From the NCBI RefSeq assembly GCF_006345805.1, contig NC_042997.1:90334001-90398000 (forward strand): a DNA stretch of 64,000 nucleotides, written 5' to 3'. The notes under the pieces were generated by a model, which saw only the letters and a list, made by a program, of their open reading frames with translations, was not told the origin of the DNA and made no database searches. Below are positions 38,606-50,309 of this stretch, piece after piece (position 1 is the first letter of the stretch; the number at the start of each line of letters is the position of its first letter). The DNA comes from Octopus sinensis. Lineage: Eukaryota. Made by a program: the position numbers and the translations under genes.

Positions 38606-40110
38606 CGGCAAATAAAAAAAATGGAGAGGATACAAAAGCAACATACATCAGCCGGTAGACATTCGAGTATGTTTATTTATTCCAAATATTAGAAAGTATT
38701 AGAAGAATACATACACATATGATAATTATGTGTTACACACACATGTACTAATATTACAGACAAGAGCAAAAGATGAGATTGACAGTAGGTTCTAGTTCCT
38801 TACGGCCGTTTCCGCCAAGAGGCAACGAAATCTTCCATGCTATCTCCATCTCTTCAGTGCTTTTCAGGGATAAGCAGATAAAGTTTGGATGATGGATGTG
38901 CCTCTAGAGGGTCTAAAGTGGTTGAGAGGGTTAATACATATAAGAAACAATTAACAGTAGGTACAGTGTGTTTGTCTTTTTGAAAGGGCAGAAAAAAAAT
39001 AGGAGCAAATATGAGGATGTTAGTGAAGCACAACTTATTAAAATTATTTGGGTGCATGAAAGGCAATAAGCTACACACTTCCCGTGACATATTCCAAGAT
39101 CCATGATATTTCGTCCAATTGTGGATAGGTGAATATAGTCGTTCTCAGGAGTTTTTTCAGGAAGGGTGAATTTAGGCAGTAGTTCGCATTATGTTTACAT
39201 AGAAATTCACATTATGTTTACATAGAAATACGGTGTTTGATTTGAAGGTATGGTCCGTTTTACGGAGGTGAAATTTCATATGTAAAGTGCCAGCTAGTAG
39301 GTGCAACGTTGCGGATGGCGAGCTAGCAGAAACGTTAGCACTTCGGGCGAAATGCTTTGTGGTATTTCGTCCGCCGCTGCATTCTGAGTTCAAATTCCGC
39401 CGAGGTCGACTTTACCTTTCATCCTTTCGGGGTCGATAAATTAAGTACCAGTGACGCACTGGGGTCGATGTAATCGACTTAATCCGTTCGTCTGTCCTTG
39501 TTTGTCCTCTCTGTGTTTAGCCCCATGTGGGTAGTAAAGAAACAGGTGTGCCATAAGCAGCCTATGATGGTGAACCCATCATGGGAAAATTTGGTATATG
39601 AGTGTACTAATGAGAGTGGGACCAAAGTGCGGTGTTAGTATTCGTTATTTTTTGCCGATCAACAAGGCTCGGAATCCCTGTGTCTAGTGGGGTGGGGGTC
39701 ATGGTCAGTCCTACAACCTAATTGGTCAGTTATTTTTTTGAAAACCATGGCGTGGTTACGGTTCGCTGATGGTTAACCGATAAAACAAAACAAATCAAAT
39801 AAATAAAAAAGCCATGGCCATTATGGGCAAGTAAATGAGCAAAATTTAAAAACAAGTGCGATTACTAAAACAATAGGACTAAGGGAAGAGGATCCTAAAA
39901 GACAACATAAGAGAGATAAAAGAGTAGTAATCACACTTACATGTTTACTTGTTTTTAATATTATTTTGCTCATTTACTTACTATAATGGCCATGGTTTAT
40001 TTATTTATTTATTTCATTTGTTTCTAATACTTTGGAATAAATAGACATACTAGAATGCTACCGGCTGATGTAGGTCGTTTTTTGTATCCCCTCCATTTTC
40101 TTATTTGCCG
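38606..40110 (-). mobile_element. Tc1-like DNA transposon, degenerate, with about 90-bp TIRs, TA TSD and a nested SINE
   Basis: TIRs at 38606-38695 and 40021-40110 (TA|CGGCAAATAA...TTATTTGCCG|TA). The minus-strand remnant FQKDKH..TTLD..SKLYLLIPEKH resembles the FQQDN..WP..SPDLNxIExxW catalytic region. Confidence 0.65.
39312..39545 (+). mobile_element. SINE S1 (tail type a), young full-length copy
   Basis: Near-perfect head, B box and body. Tail ATCCGTTCGTCTGTCCTTGTTTGTCC...GTGGGTAGTAAAGAAA. Confidence 0.93.
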
Positions 40111-40194
40111 TATATATATATATATATATATATAGATATATATATATATAGATAGATATATATATATAATATATATATAATATATATTTATCAA

Positions 40195-40507
40195 TATAGG
40201 GTGGCAAAAAATTTGTAGAATTTTTTTTTGCCACCAGCGGCCTAGTGGGAAAAAATTAAATAGTCATAGACCATTTTTTAAGTTCAAACATCACAATCAA
40301 GGAACGGCCATAATAGGCCATTCACCCACTAGAAATAACAGCCAAAGCTTCAACCGCAAAATAACCGCATCGTATAAGAAATTACAGGTTAAATGTTTTT
40401 TTAATTTTCTCCTGGTTTACGGAATTGATGTTATTTTGCGGTTGAAGCTTTGGCTGTTATTTCTAGTGGTGTGAATGGCCTATTATGGCCGTTCCTTGAT
40501 TGTGATG
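40195..40507. repeat. Asymmetric inverted repeat (arms 40289-40365 and 40430-40507, 64-bp spacer)
   Basis: CATCACAATCAAGGAACGGCC...GCAAAATAAC and its reverse complement. The left arm continues with about 95 unpaired bp. Confidence 0.85.
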
Positions 40508-40659
40508 ATCTATATAATATATATATATATAGATATATATATATATATATATATATATATTTCTATATTATATATACGCATACATAACATACATACATAC
40601 ATACACTTCATACATATGCATACATATATATGTAAATAATATATATACATATGTATATA

Positions 40660-40712
<53 letters not shown>

Positions 40713-41093
40713 ATATATATTATATATATATATATATACATACACGTACAGATGTTTATGCACGTTATTAAGACCATAACGTTAACACTCCCATATAGGT
40801 TTTGTCTACTTATCGACGTAAACATACATACTTTCAAAGTAATCTCTCTCTCGTTAATAGTCTTACTGCAGCGAACTACCTATTTTCCAACGTTCACACA
40901 TAGAACTGCTATTGTGTAATATCGCAGCGTCCATCCAGTACAGCATACCACGTTGTCTTGTGGAGAAAGTTAGTTTTACTACGTATAATATCGACGGGTG
41001 TACGTAGCATTAGAACCTTTATACCTGATAGAGGTGGCATTACTATAGTGTGAGCTATACGTAATAGAGCGATCTACACATACTTATTTCTAT

Positions 41094-41142
<49 letters not shown>

Positions 41143-41214
41143 TTCAAACACACACACACATTTGTGTACATATACACGGGCACACGCTAATCTATATAAA
41201 TATAAAGGCGAATA

Positions 41215-41370
41215 ACGTATGACAGTGTGGTAAGGAGCTTGCTTCCCAACCACGTGGCTCCCAGTTCTCTCCTACTGCGTGGCACCTTGGGCAAATGCCT
41301 TCTATTGTCGCCTCAGGTCGACCAAAGCCTTGTTAGTGTATCTTCTAGAAGGAAACTAAAAGAATCCTGT

Positions 41371-41445
<75 letters not shown>

Positions 41446-41778
41446 ACGCATAAATGGCAGGTGCAGGAGGGGCTGTGTGCAGCTGCAAGAGGGGCTGTGT
41501 GCAGGTGCAGGAATGGCTGTGTGGTAAATGTCTTGCTGAATAACCACATGGTTCTGGGTTCAGACCCTCTGCGTGACACCTTGGGCAAGTGTCTTCTACT
41601 ATAGCCTCGTTTTGTGAGTAGATTTGGTAGACGGAAACTGAAAGAAGCCTTTCTTGTATATATATAAACACACTAACATCGGTTGTCAAGTGATGGTGGG
41701 AGGAAAAACACAGACACAAAGATACACACATAGATAAACACACACACACACACACACATACACACACACACACACACA

Positions 41779-41828
<50 letters not shown>

Positions 41829-41990
41829 CAACGAGCTTATTTCAGTTTCCGTCTACCAAATCCGCTCACAGAGCTTTGGTCGGCCCGTGGCTGTATTAGA
41901 AGACTCTTGCCCAAGGTGCCACGCAGTGGGACGGAACCCGGACGGAACCATGTGTTTGGGAAGCAAACTTCTTACCACACAGCTACGCCT
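41215..41990. mobile_element. Three SINE S2 5' halves (41215-41375 +, 41459-41725 +, 41825-41990 -)
   Basis: Each has the head, ACCTTGGGCAA and GGAAACTGAAAGAAGC modules. Confidence 0.85.
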
Positions 41991-42029
41991 GTGCTTATGT
42001 GGGTGTATATATATAAATATGTACATATG

Positions 42030-42064
<35 letters not shown>

Positions 42065-42068
<4 letters not shown>

Positions 42069-42344
42069 CAATATGTTACATTACTCGGTAGTCAAGATAA
42101 AACTCTGAGTTTCAGATGCCGAAGTGGAAATCCACAACACCATCTCTTCGGTTATCTGGCTATTTGAAAACCAAATAGCCAGATAACCGAAGAGATGGTG
42201 TTGTGGATTTCCACTTCGGCATCTGAAACTCAGAGTTTTATCTTGACTACCGAGTAATGTAACATATTGTATAGATAAATTTCCTCTATTTACATAATAT
42301 TGAGGTCTCTTTCTTTCTTTTGTTATCTTACCGTTTTATCAATA
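42065..42344. mobile_element. Palindromic PLE pseudo-LTR derivative (arms 42065-42166 and 42172-42273, loop AAAAC)
   Basis: Appears identical to 16303-16480, the 3' end of the Neptune-like PLE. The right arm extends to 42344. Confidence 0.9.
42181..42243 (+). ncRNA. Variant hammerhead-like motif (mirror copy on the minus strand in the left arm)
   Basis: AGATAA CCGAAGA GATG...CATC T GAAAC TCAGA GTT TTATCT. Predicted cut after 42237. Confidence 0.55.
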
Positions 42345-42644
42345 TATTATATATATATATATATATTATATATATATATATTATATATATTATTTTATAG
42401 AAGGAGCCTCTACAGGACTAGAACTGTTTCATTCAGATGAAATCTTCAGGAAGCTGGCTGTCAAAATAAGTTCTGGTATTTATGCATTTAGGCAGATTTA
42501 ATGGAGTGGTGGTGGCAGGGGGGACGTTTTTTGGGTAGGTTGGTATTTAGGAGATAAACAGGGCACAAGCTATTGTTCTTAGGGGAGTGGTCAAAAGGCC
42601 AGAGTGTTTTAACCCCGACTCAACCCGGGACCTACATATATATA

Positions 42645-43097
42645 TATATAACAAAATAATATATAAAACATATGCATATATACATACATATATGTACATA
42701 CCTACATATATATGTATATATACATGCATATATGGTTACAGGACATCAAAAAATGTTGAACACAATGAGAAACGAAAACATAAAAACAAAAACATGGAAA
42801 CTGATATTTTTTTCAAACAACGAGCGTTCGAAGGTATTCGAAACGCGGAGTAGCCGAAACAGAGACAACTGAAGAAGGGGAATATTCCTTGTGTTTTTTG
42901 TCTTGTACTCTGTTTTTTCGTTGTTTGAAACAAAATGTCCGTTTCCATGTTTTTGTTTTTATGTTTTCATTTCTCATGGTGTTCAACGTTTTTTGGTGTC
43001 CGGTACCAATATATGCATGTATATATACATACAGATGTAGGTATGTACATATATGTATGTATATATGCATACGTTTTATATATTATTTTGTTATATA
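42645..43097. repeat. Diverged inverted repeat (arms 42645-42823 and 42918-43097) with a 94-bp spacer
   Basis: The arms include the same microsatellite-like flank. The spacer has GACAA-CTGAAGA-hairpin-TTGTC. Confidence 0.85.
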
Positions 43098-43153
43098 ATC
43101 GAACGCCACGCATCCACTTCCAAGTAATTTATATATATATAATATATATATAT

Positions 43154-43197
<44 letters not shown>

Positions 43198-44159
43198 CTT
43201 CCGGCTTTCGTAGAGAGTACACAGTGTTGTCTCTCTCTGCGATAAAAAAACAAGAAGGGCTGCATAAAATCGACGAAATAACTTGGCAAATCACTCACAA
43301 AACGTGGAAATTGTTACTTTATAGACGTGTACCTGGATATTTGCTTAAAAATCGCAATATATTTCTGCCACAAGTCAAGTTTTGACACAAAGATCTCTCT
43401 CTAGCGATACGCACGTGGAATCTTCTAATTTTATTTCCAGACGATAAGTACCCTGTTTATATCCTCGCAAAAACGCATCACAAATTCTTGTTACTGTTAA
43501 TTTCGTTAAATCTATTATCTATAAATTACCTGTTACTCTGTTTATATATGTATGTGCGTATATATCTATATATACGTGCATGTGTGTTAGTAGTAGAATC
43601 GTATTGTAGTTTATCTTAAGAGACATTAGTTTATCTTAAGAGTCTATAGCGAAATAAATATATATTGCCATTTCTTGGCGTGTTTTCTTTCAGCTGTTTT
43701 AATTATTATTAAAGGTATAGTCGCAATTAGTTATATTTTTGTTATAAAAGAATTTGTCTGTTGCAGCGGACAAATGTATTATTACACTATTTTATTATCT
43801 ATTATTATTATCACTTGTTAAATATATGTGTGTGTGTTATATATATATGTGTGTATGTATATACTACATATATATATATAAACTCTGTAAAACCTCCTGG
43901 CCTGTTTTTTCTTTCTTTCTTTTCTTTTCTTTCAGCTGTTTTATTTTATTTTATTTTTCATTTTTATTATTATTATTGTCTTATAATCTCTTACTATTAT
44001 TACTTTGTAATATATGTTTATATATGTTTTGTAATATATGCCTATATATGTTTCATTATTATTATTGTCTCTTTATATACTCACTTGTTACTCTTGTCTA
44101 TATATGTGCATGTGCACACGTGTGTACATGTGTGTGTGTGTGTGTATACATATGTATGT

Positions 44160-44638
44160 CCCAATAGCTTCGTTTAGAATTCTATCTGTCTCTTCAGTTC
44201 TCTCCCTTGCGCCCCTCCTTGGCCCAATAGCTTCGTTTAGATCTGTCTGTCTCTTCGGTTCTCTCCCTTTGCGCTTTCTCTGTCTATCTCAGCTCTCCTC
44301 TAGAGGCTTTCTCTATCTTCCTTCAGCACTCAGTATCTCCTCTTCCTCTTCTCTCTTGCTCTCTTCTCTTGGCTCCCAATCTCTCCTTAAGTGCACGGAC
44401 GCTCTCTTTCTCTTTCTCTATTACCCCTACCCCCCCTATTGCACTATTGGATTAATATAACTTAATATAACTAGATAGATAGATAGATAGACAAAATATC
44501 TCTCCTCTTCCTCTTCTCTCCTGCTCTCTTCTCTTGGCTCCCAATCTCTCCTTAAGTACATAGACGCTCTCTTTCTCTATTACCCCCCTACTTTGGATTA
44601 ATATAACTTAACATAATTAGATAGATAGATAATATATC
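44160..44638 (+). promoter_or_regulatory. Putative LINE 5'UTR built of two pairs of tandem monomers (about 63 bp x2, about 140-160 bp x2)
   Basis: A1 44160-44222, A2 44223-~44280, B1 ~44334-44496, B2 44497-44638. The ATG follows at 44643. Promoter function is inferred only. Confidence 0.55.
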
Positions 44639-44642
44639 AAGA

Positions 44643-45561
44643 ATGTCCAGAGCTTGGAAACGTGATGAACTGGTGTGGTTCCTACGAGGATGGCAATGCG
44701 CTGACGGAGAAAGTCCAAGTAACATAATTGCGGCAGCACTAAAGAACAAAGGATTCAAAAGGACATCAGCACAAATAGAGCGGAAGAGGCAAGAGTTCGT
44801 ACGCTCATACGCACTTGTCAGATTGCACATAAACACACTGGATGCCATTTTTAACAGCGAAAAACGCGAACAAAGTAAAGATGGCAAGGATGGAGACGTG
44901 GGCGCAGATGAGGAGGGTCACCCCCACCTGGTGGACGCCCAGGAAAAAAAACTCCAACGATAGGCCTGCCCGGGAGGTGAACCCAGGTACGGATGCTCCT
45001 ACCGGCTCCAAAAGCCGTGGACATGGAGATGAAGAGGCCAAAAAAAGAGGAAAAACTGAAGCTAAAACTCAGACAAAGCCAAGAGACAAGGCAGCCAGGG
45101 ACAGAGGCAAACCTAACGGTCCATATGCCAAAAAGGATGGAAACAAGCAGCGCACACGGGTATGTAGGTTCTACCTGAAAGGTGCCTGCCGGCATGGAGA
45201 GGAAGGTGCAGGCTGCCGCTTTGCACATCCGGGACCCTGCCACAGAAACCAACCACCGAAAGGAAATGGGATGGACCAGGCATCACCTGCCCCAAAACGG
45301 AGGTACGCAGATGTGGTGCGTACCACAAACCACCAACGTGTTGTTGAAAGGGCAGCTGCTGAGCAGGAATCTTTTTTGTGCATGGCACAAAAGATTGTAC
45401 AGCAGCTAACCTGGCTCCATCAGGCTCAGGCTCGCAGATGGAACTGCCCACAGTTCACAAGACCGCCACAGCAGATGGACCCAGGGGGACAACGCCAGCA
45501 ACAGCATACACCTCACCTCGATGCTCCTACTGAACATCAGAGGTTTACTAACACACAGTAA
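44643..45561 (+). pseudogene. LINE ORF1 (about 305 aa if one base is removed): Myb/SANT-like trihelix N-terminus plus CCCH zinc finger
   Basis: ORFs 44643-44963 and 44842-45561 overlap and fuse with a +1 shift; an A8 run lies at 44944-44951. Motifs WKRDELVWFLRGW..IAAALKNKGFKRTSAQIERK..Y and CRFYLKGACRHGEEGAGCRFAH. Confidence 0.7.
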
Positions 45562-48480
45562 CAGGACAAAAGTCCCATTCCTGAGAGACTTTGTCGCATG
45601 CAATCAAGCCTTATGCATAGCACTCACAGAAACGCATCTGAAACCGGACATAGCAGATGCGGAATTACACATACCACAGTATGTTGTACTACGGACCGAC
45701 AGGAAAGAAAGGAGTCATGGAGGAGTTGCTATGTACATCCGTGGGGACCCTCACACCCCAGGTCCTTTTGTCATACTCAAACTCGGTGTGTGACACACTA
45801 ATTGTACATAAGGCAACTTGATGTAGTTTGTGTGCTACATATCGCCCTCCAGATGCCCCAAGTCATATGGGCAAGTTCGAGGACTGCCTTTTAAAAATAG
45901 AAGAAGTTCTAACCACATTAGAAAACACATAAGTGTACTTCTCATGGGAGACTTCAATCTACCGAATGTCAGATGGCCCGAGGGCCTTTCTCTCCCAGGA
46001 ATGACAAGATGTGAACGTGGACAGGCGAGGTCCCTCCTGAACCTCACCAACACCCTGTACATGGAGCAAGTATACTGCAACCAACCAGAGCAGGTAACAC
46101 ACTGGATCTCTGCTTCACAAATAATATGGATCTCATCCATAATGTGAAAGTGACACGACACTACTCTCGGATCACAACATGGTAGAGCTGACCATGTACG
46201 GGCCAAAAGAGAGCACGGACATGCAGCCTACAAGAAACCCTCAGAATCTTTCCAGCTTGAACTTCAATAAGGCAAACTGGAAACAATTGAGAAAGAGATC
46301 CTCAAACAAAACTGGCCTGAATGTCTCTCCTCGCCGGACATCGACATGATACTTCAACAATCATGTCTGTAATGCAAGCCATATGCTACAAATGTGTCCC
46401 AGAGAGAAAGGCCACTGTACACAAGAACAAAATCCCAGAGAGAGGAAAATTCTAATGAGACGGCGTACAAAAATTTCAAATCGCCTAACAAACAAATTGA
46501 AAGTAGTGAAAAGTCCCGCCTGAAAATAAAACTGTTGAAATTGAAAATTGTCTGCAACTTTCCCATGAGAAGGAAAGAGCAGACAAAGAAGCCTGGGCTA
46601 TAGACAAACATAAAAAACTAACCCCAGAGCTTTCTACAGGTATGCAAAGAAACGGCTACAGTGCACTGTAGGATAGGGCCACTCCTTGAAAAGGATGGCA
46701 CACTACAGGAAAACCAATGAGGGTAAGTGAAATACTGAATGAACAATTCAAGAGTGTTTTCACTCCACCCCTGGGCATTTCCAAATCAGCAATCCAACTG
46801 ACTTCTTTACCACTGCAGATATAGAATCAGAGGCGGCGACGATAAGTTACATCGAGATAAAGGAAGACGATGTAATAAAGGCTATAGATGAAATGAAAAT
46901 AGACTCAGCTACTGGCCCCGATGGATTCCCGGCAATCCTCCTAAAAGTAGTAAGAGAGTCTTAGCAAGACCACTGCAGTCCCTCTTTCAGAGCTTCCTTG
47001 CAGCTGGCAAACTTCCAAGGGGACTGAAGGAAGGTAAAATATGCCCTATTCATAAAGGAGGTAGCAGAGCGGAGGCAAAGAACTACAGACCTATCTCTCT
47101 GACCTCACACATCAGCAAGGTCATGGAACGAATAGTCAGAAGGAAACTAATCACCTTCCTTGAAGAAGAAAATGACTTGCTGCCTGACACCAACATGGTT
47201 TCCGACCAGAAGAAGCTGCTTAACTCAGCTCCTGCAGCACTATGACTGGGTGCTGAAACAACTGCTCAACCACTCAAATGTGGAAGTCGTATATCTCGAC
47301 TTCGCAAAGGCCTTCGATAAAGTCGATCACGGAATGATATGTCACAGGCTGCGTGATCTTGGCATAGTTGGAAAACTAGGAGAATGGCTTCACGACTTCT
47401 GAAGAATAGAAGTCAGGTGGTAGTAGCCATGGGGCCACTTCCATTAACACGCAAATAATGAGTGGTGTTCCACAGGGCACTGTTTTGGGACCCTACTGTT
47501 CATAATGGCCCTCTCAGACATGCCCTCAGCCACGCAGAGATCCACGATCACAAGTTATGCAGATGATACAAAAGTTTCACAGGCAATACAGAACCTGAGG
47601 ACACTAAAAACCTGCAATGTGAGCTGGACGAAATATACAAGTGGGCTGAAAAGAATAGCTGCAGTTCAATGCTGGAAAGTTTCAAAGCTTTATACTATCA
47701 GCATGCAAAATTGAATGCAATACCCAATGAATACACTGGACCCGGAGGATTGCAATCCCAGAGGCACAATCAGTGCGTGACCTGGGTATTCACATGAGTG
47801 ATGACGCGACCTTTATGTACATGTTGCTAAACTGACAGTGAAATGTAGACGGCTGGCTGGCTGGATTCTTAGAACCTTAGAACAAGAGAACAAGAAACCA
47901 TGATGGTCCTCTGGAAGACACTTGTCCTAAGCCACTTTGACTATTGCTCTCAGCTATGGTCACCATCCGTGTCAAGTGATCACAGAACTTGAGGCGATCC
48001 AACGAAGCTACACAAAGAAGATAGCCTCTATGCAGAATGTAAGCTACTGGGAAAGACTCAAGAGATAAAATTATACTCCCTGGAGCGTAGGCGGGAAAGA
48101 TATGCCATAATATACATCTGGAAGATCCTGGAGGGAAGTGTCCTGAACTTTGGCATCGAGAGTTACACAAATGCCAGAAACTGGGCGCCACTGCGTGGTG
48201 CCTAGGACTCCAAACCTGCCATCAAGATGTAGGACAAGATTCTGTGATAGCCTGGGCTTCCGAGGCCCACAGCTCTTCAATATCCTCCCGAAGAACCTGA
48301 GAGACCTGCATGGGGTGGATACAGATGTCTTTAAAATGAAGCATTGACGTCAATGAAGCTGGATCTCTTCACTGTCAGGTGTCCCAGATGAACCAACTTC
48401 AGGCAGGAGGGGCAGATGAGGGCAGCTGCATCGAACTCTCTCATGCACCAAATAGCAGTTGCTAGAAAGCCTCCATGAAG
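45521..48480 (+). pseudogene. LINE ORF2 (AP endonuclease plus reverse transcriptase), many 1-nt frameshifts
   Basis: ATG at 45521 overlaps the ORF1 end by 41 nt. All APE and RT motifs are present in order. Confidence 0.92.
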
Positions 48481-48811
48481 TAAAACCAAGTAGCAACACC
48501 AAATGGCGGTGCCCCAGCATGGCCACAGCTCATAGGCTGGAACTGGAATCAATCAATCAATCAATCAATCATACACCCACACATACACATACTCATGCAG
48601 GCACATACACGCGCATATATATTCTTTTGTCGGGAAGGGAAAACTCGAAGCAGATAGTGTTATAAATATCAATAACAGCCGGTGAATATTACGTTAAAAA
48701 GCTGCCCGTGGAACACGAACCCACATCTCCAGGAAACAAGATATTCGTTCTATCATTAAATGATTTTTAACCTAATATTTATACCTTTTTGTATATATAA
48801 CTTTATATCTA

Positions 48812-48888
<77 letters not shown>

Positions 48889-48890
48889 CC

Positions 48891-48934
<44 letters not shown>

Positions 48935-49140
48935 TCATACATACACACATACATACATACATACATACATACACACACATACATTCATAAATACATATAT
49001 GTATATATACATACAAACATACATACACATACATACATGCATCATTTAAATATAGATGAGGGATCTATTCCATCTCAATCACAGATTTTTTTTAATTAAT
49101 TTTTTTAACTAAACAGTTTGAAACTCGAATACTGGTAGAA

Positions 49141-49959
49141 TTTCTCACGTAGAATACGGTTTACTCAGAACAAAGTTTCATATTTTAGAAATTATTTCGT
49201 GTTAAAGTTGTATTTGGTTAATTTCAACCAATCCACGACGTGTATTCGATTGAAGAAAGCTACTGCTGTTTGCGATAGTAATCGAAGAGGAACAACTTCC
49301 AGGTCATCTCTACTAAACGTCACCACTCGATTCTATTCGCTTGGCGAGCGAAGAGGATGCTACCTTTATTCTTTCATCCTTTCTCGTCAGCACCGTGCAT
49401 TCCTTACTCTTTCCCTCTCTCCTTCTACACCATCAACTAGCAACCAGCGAGCGAACTTGTCACTGCCACTGCAATTACCGTATTTTCCGGTGTATAAGCC
49501 GCTATTTGTTTTGTTTTACCTTCATGTTTTGATAATGATATTTTTTATCTAATAAAGACTTTTATATTGACGAAATATGTTTGTTGTTGTTTATAGTAAG
49601 ATAAGATCATGACAAATTACAATACATCTCATAGCTGTAAAATAAGGTATTTTGAAACTACATACACGTCAACAACAAAAAAGCTAGCTGCGGACTCGTT
49701 GCTCTATAGATCTTTTAAACACCGATGTTGATTCTTCGATGGTGTTGATTCTTCGAACAGATTGGTGACATGTAGTAGAGATGAGCCGGAAGTTGTTCCT
49801 CTTCGATTACTATCACAAACAGCAGTAGCTGTCTTTAACTGAATATACGTCGTTGATTGGGTGAAATTGCCCAAATACGACAACTATAACACGAAATAAC
49901 TTCTAAAATACGAAATTTCATCAAAAACGTTCAGAGTAAACCGTGTTCTGCGTGAGAAA
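49141..49959. mobile_element. Non-autonomous fold-back/MITE-like element with about 190-bp imperfect TIRs
   Basis: TTTCTCACGTAGAATACGGTTTACTC... at 49141-49325 versus ...GAGTAAACCGTGTTCTGCGTGAGAAA at 49763-49959. No clear TSD. Confidence 0.65.
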
Positions 49960-50309
49960 GGATCAAAGAGAGTCCTTCCCAAGTCATAGACTCATAAGGT
50001 CGAAGCATTTCCGCACCCTAATTCCATTCACAATTCTGGGTTGATCCGAATCTATTTACTAATAAATATATAAAATAATAAAAATTAAATAATCATAACG
50101 ATGTGTAAATTAATAAATAATTTAATAATTAATAAATGAAATTACAAAATAGATATAAAAAGGTGATTATAAATGAACATAATAATGAGAATTTACAAAG
50201 GAATAAAAAATCTCTTATGGTATTTATTATCCTTAATTATATGAATGAAAAATATTTCCGTCTCAAAAAGCATAACACTGCATCTACAATTAAAGTTAGT
50301 AAATTGTTA

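Larger units (their letters stand above)
44160..48572 (+). mobile_element. Near-full-length CR1-clade LINE: tandem 5'UTR, ORF1, ORF2 (APE and RT), 3'UTR, (AATC)n tail
   Basis: Colinear domains: LLNIRGL..ALTETHL..SHGGV, YRPP, GDFNLP, SDHN, ATGPDG, NYRPISLTS, VYLDFAKAFDKVDH, GVPQGTVLGPLLF, YADDTK. Tail at 48547-48572. Confidence 0.95.

Noticed and set aside
43420-43500. Possible host exon after the acceptor-like TTCTAATTTTATTTCCAG
   Set aside because: No convincing donor or recognisable peptide. A similar weak case near 13490 was also dropped.
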